Shown here: positions 52,072 through 64,000 of the stretch, piece by piece | Numbering within the stretch: the first letter of the stretch is position 1 | Layout: each line of letters begins with the position of its first letter | From: Chara braunii | Lineage: Eukaryota; Plantae; Charophyceae | Assembly (NCBI GenBank): GCA_003427395.1 | Contig: BFEA01000026.1 | Location: 733,668-797,667 of the forward strand | Reading direction: 5' to 3' | Length of the DNA stretch: 64,000 nucleotides | Position numbers and translations under genes: made by a program | The notes under the pieces: model-generated | What the model saw: the letters and a program-made list of their open reading frames with translations, nothing else | Database searches by the model: none | What the model was told of the DNA's origin: nothing

Positions 52072-52243
52072 GCGAACAGTTTCTGCTTATCTGCCTGCGA
52101 ACATACTTCCGTGTGAGTTTTGCAGTGTCACTGAGTCATGTCCTTACATTTCTGGTTGGAAGATTGGAAATTTCTCTGTGTAAGCGGGTAGTGCTTGGTA
52201 CTCATTTCTGTCACTGTCGATGTCCGATCTTTGGTCTGTGCAG

Positions 52244-52746
52244 CACAAAGAGATACAAAGTTGGTGATTGAAAGTGTTCTCATAACAGAAATTGGTGGAC
52301 ACCAGTCGCGCAAACTACTTCAAGAGCAGAGCAGCCTCGAGTTACGTGGTGGGGATGGGGTTTCCGCGGACATACCCGAAAGCTTGCCTTCAACTTTACC
52401 CCCAGGTTTGAGCTTGCCATCTCCAGCAGTTGTAGAGAGCATTGCTGCGGGTGCTAAATTCAACAGCTCGGATTTTAACCTGACTGGTCTTGTAAATGGT
52501 TCACTGGATGAGGCAGCAGCAAGGGACGCCCTTACCAACCTAGCGGCCAACCCATCGGTGTTTGGAGGTAACAGCACAAATGGAAGTCTGTCGCTTGACG
52601 GATTGGCTGACATGGACTTCTCCACAACACAAGAAACAAAACCATTTGAGCGTTTGGCGGAAAACCAGACTGATCGGCCGGATCCACGAAACAAGTTCCG
52701 CAAGTACACTGGTGGCTGGGACTTCCGGAATGCAAGTTACCTTTCG
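52244..52746 (+). CDS. Exon of plant Tweety-like transmembrane protein
   Basis: Acceptor gtgcag|, donor TCG|GTGAGT. Encodes ...RLAENQTDRPDPRNKFRKYTGGWDFRNASYLS, matching the family motif LAxxRTxRxDPxxxFxxYxGGWNIxxxHYxAS as recalled from land-plant homologues. Confidence 0.82.
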
Positions 52747-52974
52747 GTGAGTAGTTGTTGTGGCCTCTGTACGTGTTCCTCAAATGAAACACTATGTGCG
52801 TGTGAACCATGGGCATGGCGCATGTGGCACCCACACTTGGTGCGCTACAAGGGCGAAAAATCAGGGTCACTGAAAAAAAAGGAAGTCAAGGAGGGTGCTA
52901 TATTGAAGTTCCCCCACCGTGAAAATTGAGGGAGGGGCGGGGCAATTTTTTTCGGGGGCCGCGCTCTGGCCCTG

Positions 52975-53024
<50 letters not shown>

Positions 53025-53168
53025 GTATGTCCTTGTGTTGCTGTCTTCTATGTGGGCTTTTCAGAAGTGCGATAGTCATGATGAGGATTCCGAAGGGCCC
53101 GGCTCTGCGGAAGGGTTGGTTTGCTCTCTCTCTCTCCTTTTTTTTTTTTTTTTTTTTTCAATTTGGAC

Positions 53169-53551
53169 AAGGGTTGCATCCCTGCCGACCACTGACCCCG
53201 ACCGCGGCAGACCAGTTGGTGGTCTGCCGACTAGTCAGGGGAAAAAAAAAAAAAAAAACATCCACTGATTTTTTTTCAAATCTGAGTTGGGGGCTGTGCT
53301 GCGCTTGCTGAATTGGGGGCGGTTTGGGGGTGTTGGCGGGGGGGGGATGGGGGTATTTGGGGCCGCTATGGGGGTATTTGGGGCCGCTATGGGGGTGTTG
53401 GTGGTATTATTAGGGGTTCTTGACCCCTTTTTTTTTTCTTTTTTTGCGGGGTGCCGATGACCCCCGACCGGTAGGTGCCGACCGGGTGATCGGTCGGTGG
53501 GTCGGCAGCTGACAAGTCGAGGGCCGCTGATCGTCGGGGGGTGCAACCCTG
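53169..53551. mobile_element. Non-autonomous hAT element
   Basis: TIR (A/C)AGGGTTGCAYCCC; perfect 8-bp TSD ATTTGGAC (53161-68, 53552-59). A related fragment lies at 57185-57370. Confidence 0.9.
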
Positions 53552-54735
53552 ATTTGGACTGTTTCTCGATTTATTTGTGTCGTCCTTGTGCAGGGGACAT
53601 GCTAATCTTCTCTGTATCGTTCCAAATTTAACGGATGTCCCGAAGGACATGGTTTGCTCTCTTTTTCTTGAAATGGAAAACAACAAAATGGACAACCGTT
53701 TTTTGCTTAAAAAAAAAAGGAGATTGTGCTAAACAAGAATGTATCCGAAGGAAAAACGTGGGAAGATGCACCTTCCATATTGCTGTTTTTTTAGTTCCGT
53801 ACAGTCATGATGAGGGTACGTTGAGCAGCTATTTTGACTTATGGGCCTCCCTCGGCTACTCACTACATGTGCAAATGAGAATGAATCTTCTGCTAGAACA
53901 TGGAAAGATACACCGTCATATTTTTTGCCTTTTGTGCATGTGGTGAGTAGTGGAGCGAGGCCCTTACCTGCCGCCAGAACCGGTGGTGAGGGTAGGTCCT
54001 CCGCCAGAATCCGACAGGGTAAGGACCTCGCCCTATTGCTCGGCATAAGTGCAAAATGAATCTGAGCACGAATATGGATAGATACACCACAGTTAGTTTT
54101 GTCTGGGGTTGTCTGACAGATGACGTCTGTCAGAATTACAACGGGCCTGAGTTCGATGCCCGGTATAGGGCCCCGCTCCACTACTCGCCACGTGCAAAAA
54201 AGACAAAAATATGTGGTGTATCTTCCCATGTTCTAACGGACGATTCTTTCTCAGTTTGCACATGTGGGGGTCACAGCCTTGCTCACATTAGGACTTTTCC
54301 ACTTATTAATGGGGTAATTGTGGCCATTTACATCCAGGTCCACCTGTAGTCGGGTCACCAACGGGCCGGTCTGTTATGATCCTGGTCAATTTCGAAGTAC
54401 ACATTCATCAGATAGTATAATGCCGTCCAATTGCAGAAAGAAATGAATGAACTTGAGAGGAGAGAGAGGGTAAGAAGAAGAAGAAGAAGAAGAAAGAAAG
54501 AAGAAAAAAGAAAGAAGAAGAAAGAAAAAAGAAGATGATGTACACCAGCATAGACAAATGATAATGCTCTTCTTCACCAACCACTCTCCTCCCTCCTCTC
54601 TTATTCACACAAGAAATAATAGTACAATGTTGAATGGCTGATCCAGAATCAATGTCCGAGTTCCTCTTCTACTGCAGGTATCACTTTATGTCCGCCATAG
54701 CCATGGCGGAATTGGGGCTGTTGGGGGGAAAATAT

Positions 54736-54788
<53 letters not shown>

Positions 54789-55957
54789 GGGCAGACTGAA
54801 CACCACGCGGCGCCCTCCGGGCGCATGGTGGCCAGTTGCACGTACCCCTGCACACTGCCCATGCGTTCGCAGTGCAAGTCGTGCGCACGTGCGTGTACAT
54901 CACGAGTATGGTGTGAGCTGCGAAAATGAGCTCTCTCATGTGACATGTTGTTGCATAGACTATTTGGGCCGAATGTGCTAGAGTATGGAATGAGGGAGAG
55001 ACCAGGGTTGCATCTCATTGGTCATTCAGAACATGGTGAACCCTACGTGCAACTTAGGTGCACCATCACCAACGAGGGAAGAGAAGGGAGGTGGGGAGAA
55101 TGGTTGATCAGGGATCATAGGTGGAGGAAATCAGAGAGGGGAAGGATGATGGCCAGAAGGGTCTAGCTTTGATCCAAACTATTCAAACTAGTTGAGCTGC
55201 TGTAATGAGTTGTAGCCTTCAGTGCTGAAGGGTGCTTGTGTTACAGTCTATCTTAAATGCTTGCTTTGTATTGTCGTTGGCATTGTGGCACTTGTGTTGT
55301 CCAGTCATGAGGGCGATGTGGATTTGACATCATCTGCACCTTCTTCCAGTTACTGTTTATTGTTGGCGTCTCTGTTTCTAGTGCACCTCATTTTTGCCAT
55401 ACCTAAGCAGCTAGAAAACTGTCCAGGGGCCTCTGCCTTTTTGCTGTTGCGCCATTGTTTAAGCTTTCGTTCTTCCTCTTAATGCCTTAAACTAGCATAT
55501 GCCTTTTTCTTTTGAATGCCTGTGTGGGGTCTTTCACCATTAACATCGATTTCCTACTAGGCCTACATCTTTTCCTCTTCCATCTCTGCCTTGTGAGGTT
55601 ACTTCCGCCCTGGAATATCCTTCCTCTTTATTTTCAACTGCTTTTATGTTTTAGATTTGTCTCCGTCGTGATACATGTGACTTTGTAACAGAGATGAACT
55701 TCTTTTTTTTTTTCACTTCCCACTTCACCCAACCCACCCAAATGTTTTCTAGTACATCCNNNNNNNNNNNNNNNNNNNNNNNNNNNNNNNNNNNNNNNNN
55801 NNNNNNNNNNNNNNNNNNNNNNNNNNNNNNNNNNNNNNNNNNNNNNNNNNNNNNNNNNNNNNNNNNNNNNNNNNNNNNNNNNNNNNNNNNNNNNNNNNNN
55901 NNNNNNNNNNNNNNNNNNNNNNNNNNNNNNNNNNNNNNNNNNNNNNNNGGGGGGGGG

Positions 55958-57184
55958 TGTAATGAACCCAGTCTGGCAGATACTCAGAAGTCGTCAAACA
56001 TCAGTAGTCTCATTATCTGCATCAAAGTCTCCAAATCGTGAAGTGAAGTCTCAAACAGTATCTCATTATCATCCAAAGAAGAGAGTGGAGGGGATCAGAC
56101 AAAGGAGAAGATGAAAGGTCACACAGTAATAACCCCTTCAGACCCCTCTCCTTCTCTGGGCTTCTTCCCTCTCCACGTCAACAATGATAATAAGTAAATT
56201 CCTGTTCACACACAACAGTGCCACGTGGCACTTAAACTCGTGAAGACCATGAAGACATAGCAGATTCCAGTGACGACGTCAATCTCAGGTGAGTACCCGA
56301 CCTCCATCCACAGATCCCGATCTTCCTCCTCCACGCAACCAGTCACCACATGTAGACAGCGTGGACCGTGCCATGCCAGCAGTCGAGATAGGTGGCGTAT
56401 GCCACATCATCAATGAAGACCAGTGGCAGCGCCTCGTCAGCATGCAATGTAGGCCAGAGGCAGCGCCACATCAGCATGCAATGTAGACCAGGGATAGCGC
56501 CACATCAGCATGCAATGTAGACCAGAGGTAGCACCACATCAGCATGCAATGTAGACCAGAGGTAGCGCCACATCGGCATGCCATGAAGACCAGAGGCAGC
56601 GCCACATCAGCATGCCATGAAGACTAGAGGCAGCGCCACATCAGCATGCCATGAAGACCAGAGACAGCTCCACATCAGCATTGCCTGGCGCACAGAAGAA
56701 GTGCCAGCACGCTGCCTCCACCTTGTGCTGTCGTCCGCAACGCCTGTGCACAGCCAGCAAGTAGCCAGCGTCGCACCAGCATAAAGCCAGCGTCTAGTCA
56801 AAGTCGAGCCAGCGTCAAAGCAGCATAGCAAGACTGAATCCTTGAATACCTCGAGGCCAGCCTTAAGTAACAGTTGTCGAGGCTGTCTGGCCTCGGGTGC
56901 TTTTCCCACAGTCGTCCAGATTGACTCACAGCTGAGGGGCCAGATTGTACAGTTGGAGACTTCTCCCTTGGACCTGATGCTGTATGGGTACCTGCATACA
57001 AATAAGTGTGTGTGCTTGACCAGTGGGCTGGGCTAGGTACCTTTGGACTTTGACTGTTGGGGTCACGACAGTATAGGCCCTGAGTCTTTGTTCGGGGTCC
57101 TTTTTGTCCCCTTTTTGGCCTGGGCTGAGGGCGGCCGAGTTGGCCTTCAGTCTTTCCTTGAGACATATGGCATGGGTTATTGCA
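55958..57184. mobile_element. LTR (solo, or flanking a gap) with an internal 34-bp minisatellite
   Basis: Ends TGTAATGAACCCA...TGGGTTATTGCA; flanks gggg/ggtg; directly after an N gap. Confidence 0.65.
56395..56682. repeat. 34-bp minisatellite, ~8 units (agcgccacatcagcatgcMatgWagaccagaggY)
   Basis: Head-to-tail units with no spacers. Confidence 0.92.
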
Positions 57185-57451
57185 GGTGTACTGATGTGTT
57201 TTTTTTTTTTGCGGGGGGGATGGGGTTGTTGATGCGGTTATTGGGGGTTCTGGACCCAAAAAAAAAAAAAAATCCTTTTCTTGCAGGGTGCCGACAGACG
57301 GCCTACTGGTAGGTCCCGACCAGTGGAACGGTCGGCTGGTTGGCCCCCGACCAATCCACGTGTGCCGACTGTCAGAGTCACTACTGTACCTATTGTTTGC
57401 GTATGTAATGTTGCTGACTGCCGAATTTGCCTACTTGTGGACTTTAACTGG

Positions 57452-58577
57452 TGTGAGGAATGAGCCCTCACGAGGCCCTTCTCGAGCATGCAAATGTTCT
57501 GGGCTGCGGCCCCCAGCCAGCCTCGTGCCCTCCCTAAGTGAAGGCGGGCCTGTACTTCCCTGAGAAGTCTATTTTCGACATTTTTTTTAATGTGGGGGAT
57601 CAGATAGTTGCCGCACGCCAGGTGGTTACAGAGCAACGTGACCCTTCTGTGGCTCCTTCCAGAATCAACAGCCGCGCTGTACAGTTGAGCCCAGGGCTCA
57701 GGTGGCTGCGCCCTGGGCACACGCAGTGGGAGGCAGACACATCACGCAGTGGCCGTGGACCAATGGGAACGCAGCATCGTCGTCACACATTTACCACAAG
57801 CCAATGCAAATGTGGCAAACACTTGGAGCCTGGAGGCTACCAGTACGTGCCTAACTGAACGAGGCCCAGGCCAATATCTGAGATTGGGCCTGGGCGCAGG
57901 CACCGAGGACCAGCCTGAAGCTACTGGTCCCCTACACGCCTGGCTCAGACCAGCCAGCAGCTGGGCGAACTTTCCATAAAGGATAGTGTGCACCCCTGGG
58001 CAGGGTATTCTGGCCTGAGCAGGCAATGCGGCCACGCTGGTGCTTCGCCTTGCGATACGGCGCTGAGGAGGCAGGCCCGGGCGCACGCTGGTGCGAGAGG
58101 TGAGAGGGCGCTGCGGTGGCAGCGGGCGCACGGCGGCCATAGCCTGGCTGAGCGTGCGGTAGTAGGTGATAGCGATGGTGGTCGTCAGGTAGGAGGCGCA
58201 TGCAGAGGGCAGTCAGGGTGTGATGAGGGGAGGAGAGAGAACGTACCTGCTGTATGCTGGCGGTCTGCATTGGTGATGAGGTCACCTACGTTGGTCTTCA
58301 ACTTCGATGTGATTCAGTTGCATGAACAGAAAATAGATAGGTGTAGATAGGCTGAGTAGCGTAGGCTGGGCGCTGGGCGCCAGACAGTAATGGCGACATT
58401 GGATACTGTGTTGGTGTGGCCAGAGAGCGTCGACATTGACATACGAGTTCATTGTATTGCTCTTATTTGGATGGTATCTCGGTGCATTGTGTCTCTGCTT
58501 GGTACATGACTATCTGGGCTACTTTGTGATTTTGCAATTTGGATTTCTGTCCATCGCTCTCGCTCATATTCCTTGCA
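57452..58577 (+). mobile_element. Solo LTR related to the 32034-40482 element (opposite orientation)
   Basis: Starts TGTGAGGAATGAGCCCTCACG and ends CTCATATTCCTTGCA, collinear with the reverse complement of the full element's LTRs. Flanks CTGG/CAGG (imperfect 4-bp TSD). Confidence 0.9.
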
Positions 58578-58741
58578 CAGGTGAAACATCCAGGTTATTG
58601 CTTCCATGCAGTTGTCTGTGTTTTTTTTTTTTTTTTTTTTGTGTGTGTGTAGCCGTTTCCTTGCCCTGATATGCTTCTTGTTCTGTTTTTTTCTTTCTTT
58701 CTTTTTCTTTTCTCATTCTTTTATTCTTTGCCTTGTTTCAG

Positions 58742-58929
58742 TCGGTTGCATACACTGCAGCTCCAGCGTTCATCATTGCTGTTCTCTGGGCGCTCCTGGC
58801 GGTCGTGTACCTGTTCGCAATAATCTGTTACTGCTGCTGTTGTAAAAGAAATCGACATGCAAAGTTCTATGAATCCTCAGCATATTGTTGGCCACTTGTA
58901 CTTGTTGTGCTGCTCACTTTCACGGCATT
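58742..58929 (+). CDS. Next exon of the Tweety-like protein (TM1, Cys cluster, start of TM2)
   Basis: Polypyrimidine tract and tttcag|, phase 0, continuing YLS|SVAYTAAPAFIIAVLWALLAVVYLFAIICYCCCCKR...YCWPLVLVVLLTFTA; donor |GTAAGT. The gene continues beyond the window. Confidence 0.88.
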
Positions 58930-61900
58930 GTAAGTTATGAACTCATATACAACCTTTTTGTCTCACCTTTCCTGGATTCACAATAAAACAAATGAGTTGA
59001 GCTTTGAAATGAGTAGAAGCAAGCAACACTGATTACCAGTGTGCTGTGCGTGGAAATTAAGAGAATGACCTTGAATGATTGGCTGTAAAGATAGCAACTA
59101 TGTTTCATGCTCAAGACATCCTCCTCTTGTCATTTCTCCCCCTCCTCCCCTCCTTTCCTCATTTTCCTTGGGCCATGTTTGCGCCTCCCCAAGTCATTCC
59201 TGGGAGTCCTGTACGCTTTTTCGGCGATGTCCCTTGCCCATCTGGTCCTTTTTTGGGCTGCGGTCAAGAGTCTCTTCCATGCATGGACCCTTCCCTGCAG
59301 TGTGCGAGGTCAGATCGGTGTCACGTTGTTATTCTGCTGCACGAGTCAATCCCTGTCTGATTTGATTGTCTCTCTCTCCCAGTTTATGATTCTTGGACTT
59401 TGCATTGGAAACGGTTCACCAGGCATGCATCGTCCCGTTTCTTTCTCTTATGCTGCTACTGTTGCTGCTCATTGCTGGTTGTTGTCATCTTCAGTGTTGT
59501 TGCTCGTTACAATGTGGGCATGATATGGCTAGAGGGTTGTGTACAGAGAGTGTGAGGGAGAGTAACCTACCAGCTTCACCCGAATCTGTTCGCTGCATGT
59601 GGACTGAAAGGTGAGCCAAATACGGCTACGATGGCCATATCGTCTATTCGCGGGAAGACGGTAGTGTGTGTACGTAGAGTGGCAGAGTAGGGGGACACAT
59701 CATGGTAGGGCTTCTACGTTGTTGTTGTATTGATTATCGGAGGTGAGAAGTGGGGCTATCTTTGTCAAGTGACGTCAGTGTTAGGTGTGCTCTTGGCTTT
59801 TGCACTTCTGCTTTCACCTCGGGTCACTCATGCTTGTTCTGCTCCGAGTCTTTTGTATGACAGAAATTGTGCTAACTTCTCGTTGATTGGTTGCTCGCAT
59901 CAATGCGTTTTCCTAATTTTTTCATCAACACTTTCTGAGCACAAAAAAAAATCACCAAAGTCGGCACGCTCAACATTTTGCTAAAGCCTGATGACTGCCC
60001 GTGGCCAAGCTTACCTGCCTACCCTGGGGCTGCCTGTGGGCGCTGTTGGGGATCAAAGTCGTTGCCGGGGGCACTGGTGGTTCAATGGCCAGGCCCCAAT
60101 GTTTATTTTCTCGCGCTCGGAATGTATTGGCTAGCCTGTAAAACTGGTCAGGTTCATGTTAGCTGCACATCACAAACATATAGCCCTGATGGGGCCGGGC
60201 CGTCCCTAACAGTTTGTGTGTATCTAAACTTCGAAAGCTTTGAATGCTAGGAATTTCCTGAGTCTGGCATCGTGAAACATCCACTGCTTGGAATTGTAGA
60301 CGGTAGAAATTTTGAAATTTGGCATTATGAAACATCCAATGCTTTGAATCTCAAAAACTTTCTGAGTTTGGCATTATGAATCGTTGTGGAACTGGGAACG
60401 GAGCCTCGCTATCTAAGATTCTAAGGGTAAAAGAGTGTTTTGTGCGTGTCACATTGGGATGTGAATGTAGAGGGAGGTGAGACAGATTATAACATGGAAT
60501 TGTTATTGAACGTGATGGGCAACTCCTTGTGAATTCCTGGGTTGGATATCTGCAGGGGAGGGTCTGCTATTCTTTACACTGGAGCAGGAAAAATGCACAC
60601 AGAACTTGGACTCACCATTGATTATATTCTCGAGGAAGTGAATAAAACCACAACGAAGGTATGATGGGGTGCTCACTCTGCATTTTGAATAAAACCACAA
60701 CGAAGGTATGATGGGGTGTTCACTGTGCATTTCAGGCAGCACTCTGCATCTCAGGCATAAACAAAGGAAGTGATGAAAATCTCTAGGTGCTTTCAGGTCT
60801 GTGATTGGCCTGCTCTCTTATGGAGCACAGTAGTCGATGCAAGTATACCATGGCCTACATTGAGATCTCCGGACACCCATCCAGATGATCCGCTACTCAT
60901 TGCCTGGCAGATGCGTATCCAGAGTGAAGAACATCACACTGTGGTCGAAACAGACACATGGTCAGTGAAGGTCCAACAAAATGGTTTGGCACTGTCATCC
61001 TCTTTTTGTTGGGTTGTGTATAAAGAACCATACAGCACACTTGCCTTGAGTGGGTGTGTAGAGTGGGTTTATTAAACCTTATTTGTCATTGTGAACCACC
61101 CTGCAGATCCTTTTCTTGTTCCGTGAGTGCTCCCATCATTGAAGTTTATTTGTCCCCTTCCCCTGTCCATTCATCCCCCTTCCATCAGATCAAACAACCA
61201 TTGTCCGCCTATTTTGTGCTAGCCTGACACGTTGAATGTCATACTCTGGTCTTGGCCACGGCCTGTACGATTGACCCCATCCCTCCATCACGCAGATGGG
61301 GGCATTCACCTATCCTTCGCTGGTAGATGGTTTGCTGGCCATGCTCCTTACGTAGTAGAGCTTGTCTGCCCCCTTTCCTGCTTCCTGTCCGTCCTACGTA
61401 CGTTGCAATGACCCCTTCCCCCTCCATCATTTGCTCGACACATTTCAAATGATATAGTCTGGTCTTGATCTCACCCCATTCACGGTTGCGCCCATCCCCT
61501 CATCAGCAGGGTACAATCACTTTCCCATTCCTCGATGATAAGTGTCTCGCTAACCACGTTCATCTTTCCCATAAGCAGTCGAGCTATGTATAAAGCTGCA
61601 CTCACTCTACTAGCAGATCTCCTATGCTGGCGTGTCACAGATCTATCCTGAAAGAGTGGAGATAATATTCCAGGTACATGGCGGAAAGAAGATGGGGCAT
61701 AATGTGTCCGGATGTGTGTCTACTCCAGTAGCTGACTACTGATATCCACTAGAGGAGATGGTCGGGTGTAAAGGCTTACTGTTACCCTTTGGAAGTGCAA
61801 GGTCGAAGGGGAGATGGATGGGGCATGTGGTTCAAGGAAGAAGATGGCGAACAGGTGGGGGCAGCATTCATAGAGGATTAGACAGCAGAGCAGCAGACAT

Positions 61901-63083
61901 GCAGAACCAAAAAGTAGGCAGTAGCTCGAGTACAGGGACGGTGTGGCTGTCCCTAAAACGTTTTTCACCATTGCCACCTGCAGGATCATCAGAAGGAGAA
62001 TTACAGCCTGCACGCAGCTCAGTCGACATGCCAAGTATATACACTTCCACAAGGTCCGAGCCGAGGAGGAGACAGAAAGGAGTTCAAACTTAAAAGGACT
62101 GATATAGAGAGTTACACCGCTTCGTCGGCAGTGTGCTCTCCAGTGAGGTCCGCAGCCGGCAGATTGTCGAAGTCCAAATCCTCCATATCATGTCCACTTG
62201 TTTCGCTCTAATCAGCCTCCTCACACAAGCAATCCGCATGCAGTACTGAAAAGGGATAAACAGTGATGATGCGGGGGGTACATGTATGCAATGTGCCTCC
62301 GAGCATGTGCGTCGAGTTCCTCCCCATGTCTGGTGGTCCTTGTGCCGGTGACTGTAGTGAGTGGTACTACGGTGAGCGGGCTTGCTCATCCAGGCTACTC
62401 TATTAGTCTTTAGAGGATCAAGGTTCAACATTCATGTTTATATGCTTGTAAATTTTTTGTGCGATTTCCTTCTTTTGGCGCTTCATTTTTCTGGCTAGTC
62501 CAGAATCCTGCCTCCTGGCCGTGTTTCTCTGCCAGGTACCAGATTTTCTCTTTGTGATCTGTGGTAGTCTAGTTTTCCTAAGTCCTGGCAAGCTCATTTT
62601 CCAAATTGAATACTTACCGCAAATTTGATCCCATACCCCTTGTTTCTTTCGAGGACTCGTGACCGTATCTGTTCTGTGCCACAACTTGCTGCCTCGCCTC
62701 GATCCCTGGTCCTGTGGCTCCTCTTTCTTTGGTTGTCGGTAATTGAGTCCTTGAACCACCGACGTCACCAATCCACTCAGTTCCTGGATCTGGTTTTAAT
62801 TTCTCTCTATGTTACAGCTAGGCCTTGATCCCTTGTTTGTCCGATCATTAACGTTTGCTCCCAGTCAGTCTGCAAGGTCAGGAAAACAGGTCGTGCGAGG
62901 TGCTTCCCCTGATTCACAGCCTCCCCCAAAACACCACCACCTATTCACTATGATCTGGGTTGCCGTAATCCCTTTGTACATGTATGTATATAGATGGGTG
63001 TGGGTATATTTAAGTGTATGTATATTCATGTGTGTGTGTGGGTGGGTGGGTGGGTGGGTGGGTGTGGGTGTGTGCGTGCGTGT

Positions 63084-63138
<55 letters not shown>

Positions 63139-64000
63139 NNNNNNNNNNNNNNNNNNNNNNNNNNNNNNNNNNNNNNNNNNNNNNNNNNNNNNNNNNNNNN
63201 NNNNNNNNNNNNNNNNNNNNNNNNNNNNNNNNNNNNNNNNNNNNNNNNNNNNNNNNNNNNNNNNNNNNNNNNNNNNNNNNNNNNNNNNNNNNNNNNNNNN
63301 NNNNNNNNNNNNNNNNNNNNNNNNNNNNNNNNNNNNNNNNNNNNNNNNNNNNNNNNNNNNNNNNNNNNNNNNNNNNNNNNNNNNNNNNNNNNNNNNNNNN
63401 NNNNNNNNNNNNNNNNNNNNNNNNNNNNNNNNNNNNNNNNNNNNNNNNNNNNNNNNNNNNNNNNNNNNNNNNNNNNNNNNNNNNNNNNNNNNNNNNNNNN
63501 NNNNNNNNNNNNNNNNNNNNNNNNNNNNNNNNNNNNNNNNNNNNNNNNNNNNNNNNNNNNNNNNNNNNNNNNNNNNNNNNNNNNNNNNNNNNNNNNNNNN
63601 NNNNNNNNNNNNNNNNNNNNNNNNNNNNNNNNNNNNNNNNNNNNNNNNNNNNNNNNNNNNNNNNNNNNNNNNNNNNNNNNNNNNNNNNNNNNNNNNNNNN
63701 NNNNNNNNNNNNNNNNNNNNNNNNNNNNNNNNNNNNNNNNNNNNNNNNNNNNNNNNNNNNNNNNNNNNNNNNNNNNNNNNNNNNNNNNNNNNNNNNNNNN
63801 NNNNNNNNNNNNNNNNNNNNNNNNNNNNNNNNNNNNNNNNNNNNNNNNNNNNNNNNNNNNNNNNNNNNNNNNNNNNNNNNNNNNNNNNNNNNNNNNNNNN
63901 NNNNNNNNNNNNNNNNNNNNNNNCCAAAAAAAAAAAAAAAAAAAAAATCCAAAAAATCAGAAAACAAAACTATGTTATCATTGTTATGCAGAAAAATAAA

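Noticed and set aside
56395-56682. 34-bp repeat array as a CRISPR
   Set aside because: Units are head-to-tail with no unique spacers, there are no cas genes, and the context is a eukaryotic LTR.
60798-60835. Next Tweety-like exon (SVIGLLSYGAQ)
   Set aside because: In-frame TAG after about 12 codons and only weak resemblance to the expected motif.
61100-62780. Degenerate LINE ORF on the minus strand
   Set aside because: Only vague fragments, with no diagnostic RT or endonuclease motif recognisable.
62809-63999. Long ORFs near the window end (also at 18919-19765, 32433-33059, 39700-40375)
   Set aside because: They run through N gaps and microsatellites.

Overview
This is eukaryotic nuclear DNA from a repeat-rich draft assembly with N-gaps, most likely a streptophyte alga such as Chara (inferred from TE types, microsatellite load and a green-lineage nad4 fragment). 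One host gene is recognisable on the + strand, a plant Tweety-like multi-pass membrane protein. It has two well-supported exons (52244-52746, 58742-58929) and a probable first exon at 4874-5537, which would imply an intron of up to ~46.7 kb filled with TEs. Mobile DNA includes: a PIF/Harbinger transposase broken by an internal inversion; a full-length degenerate Ty3/gypsy chromovirus-like element (32034-40482, minus strand, PBS-Met, PPT, 4-bp TSD) whose gag start codon is split by a mitochondrial nad4 insertion; solo LTRs; tRNA-derived SINEs; and several MITE/hAT families. The most unusual signal is a cluster of three hammerhead-ribozyme cores in short direct repeats at 11.1-12.4 kb (Penelope pLTR/retrozyme-like), interleaved with an E2F-site minisatellite. 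A Nextera mate-pair junction adapter at 31548-31585 marks a local assembly artefact.
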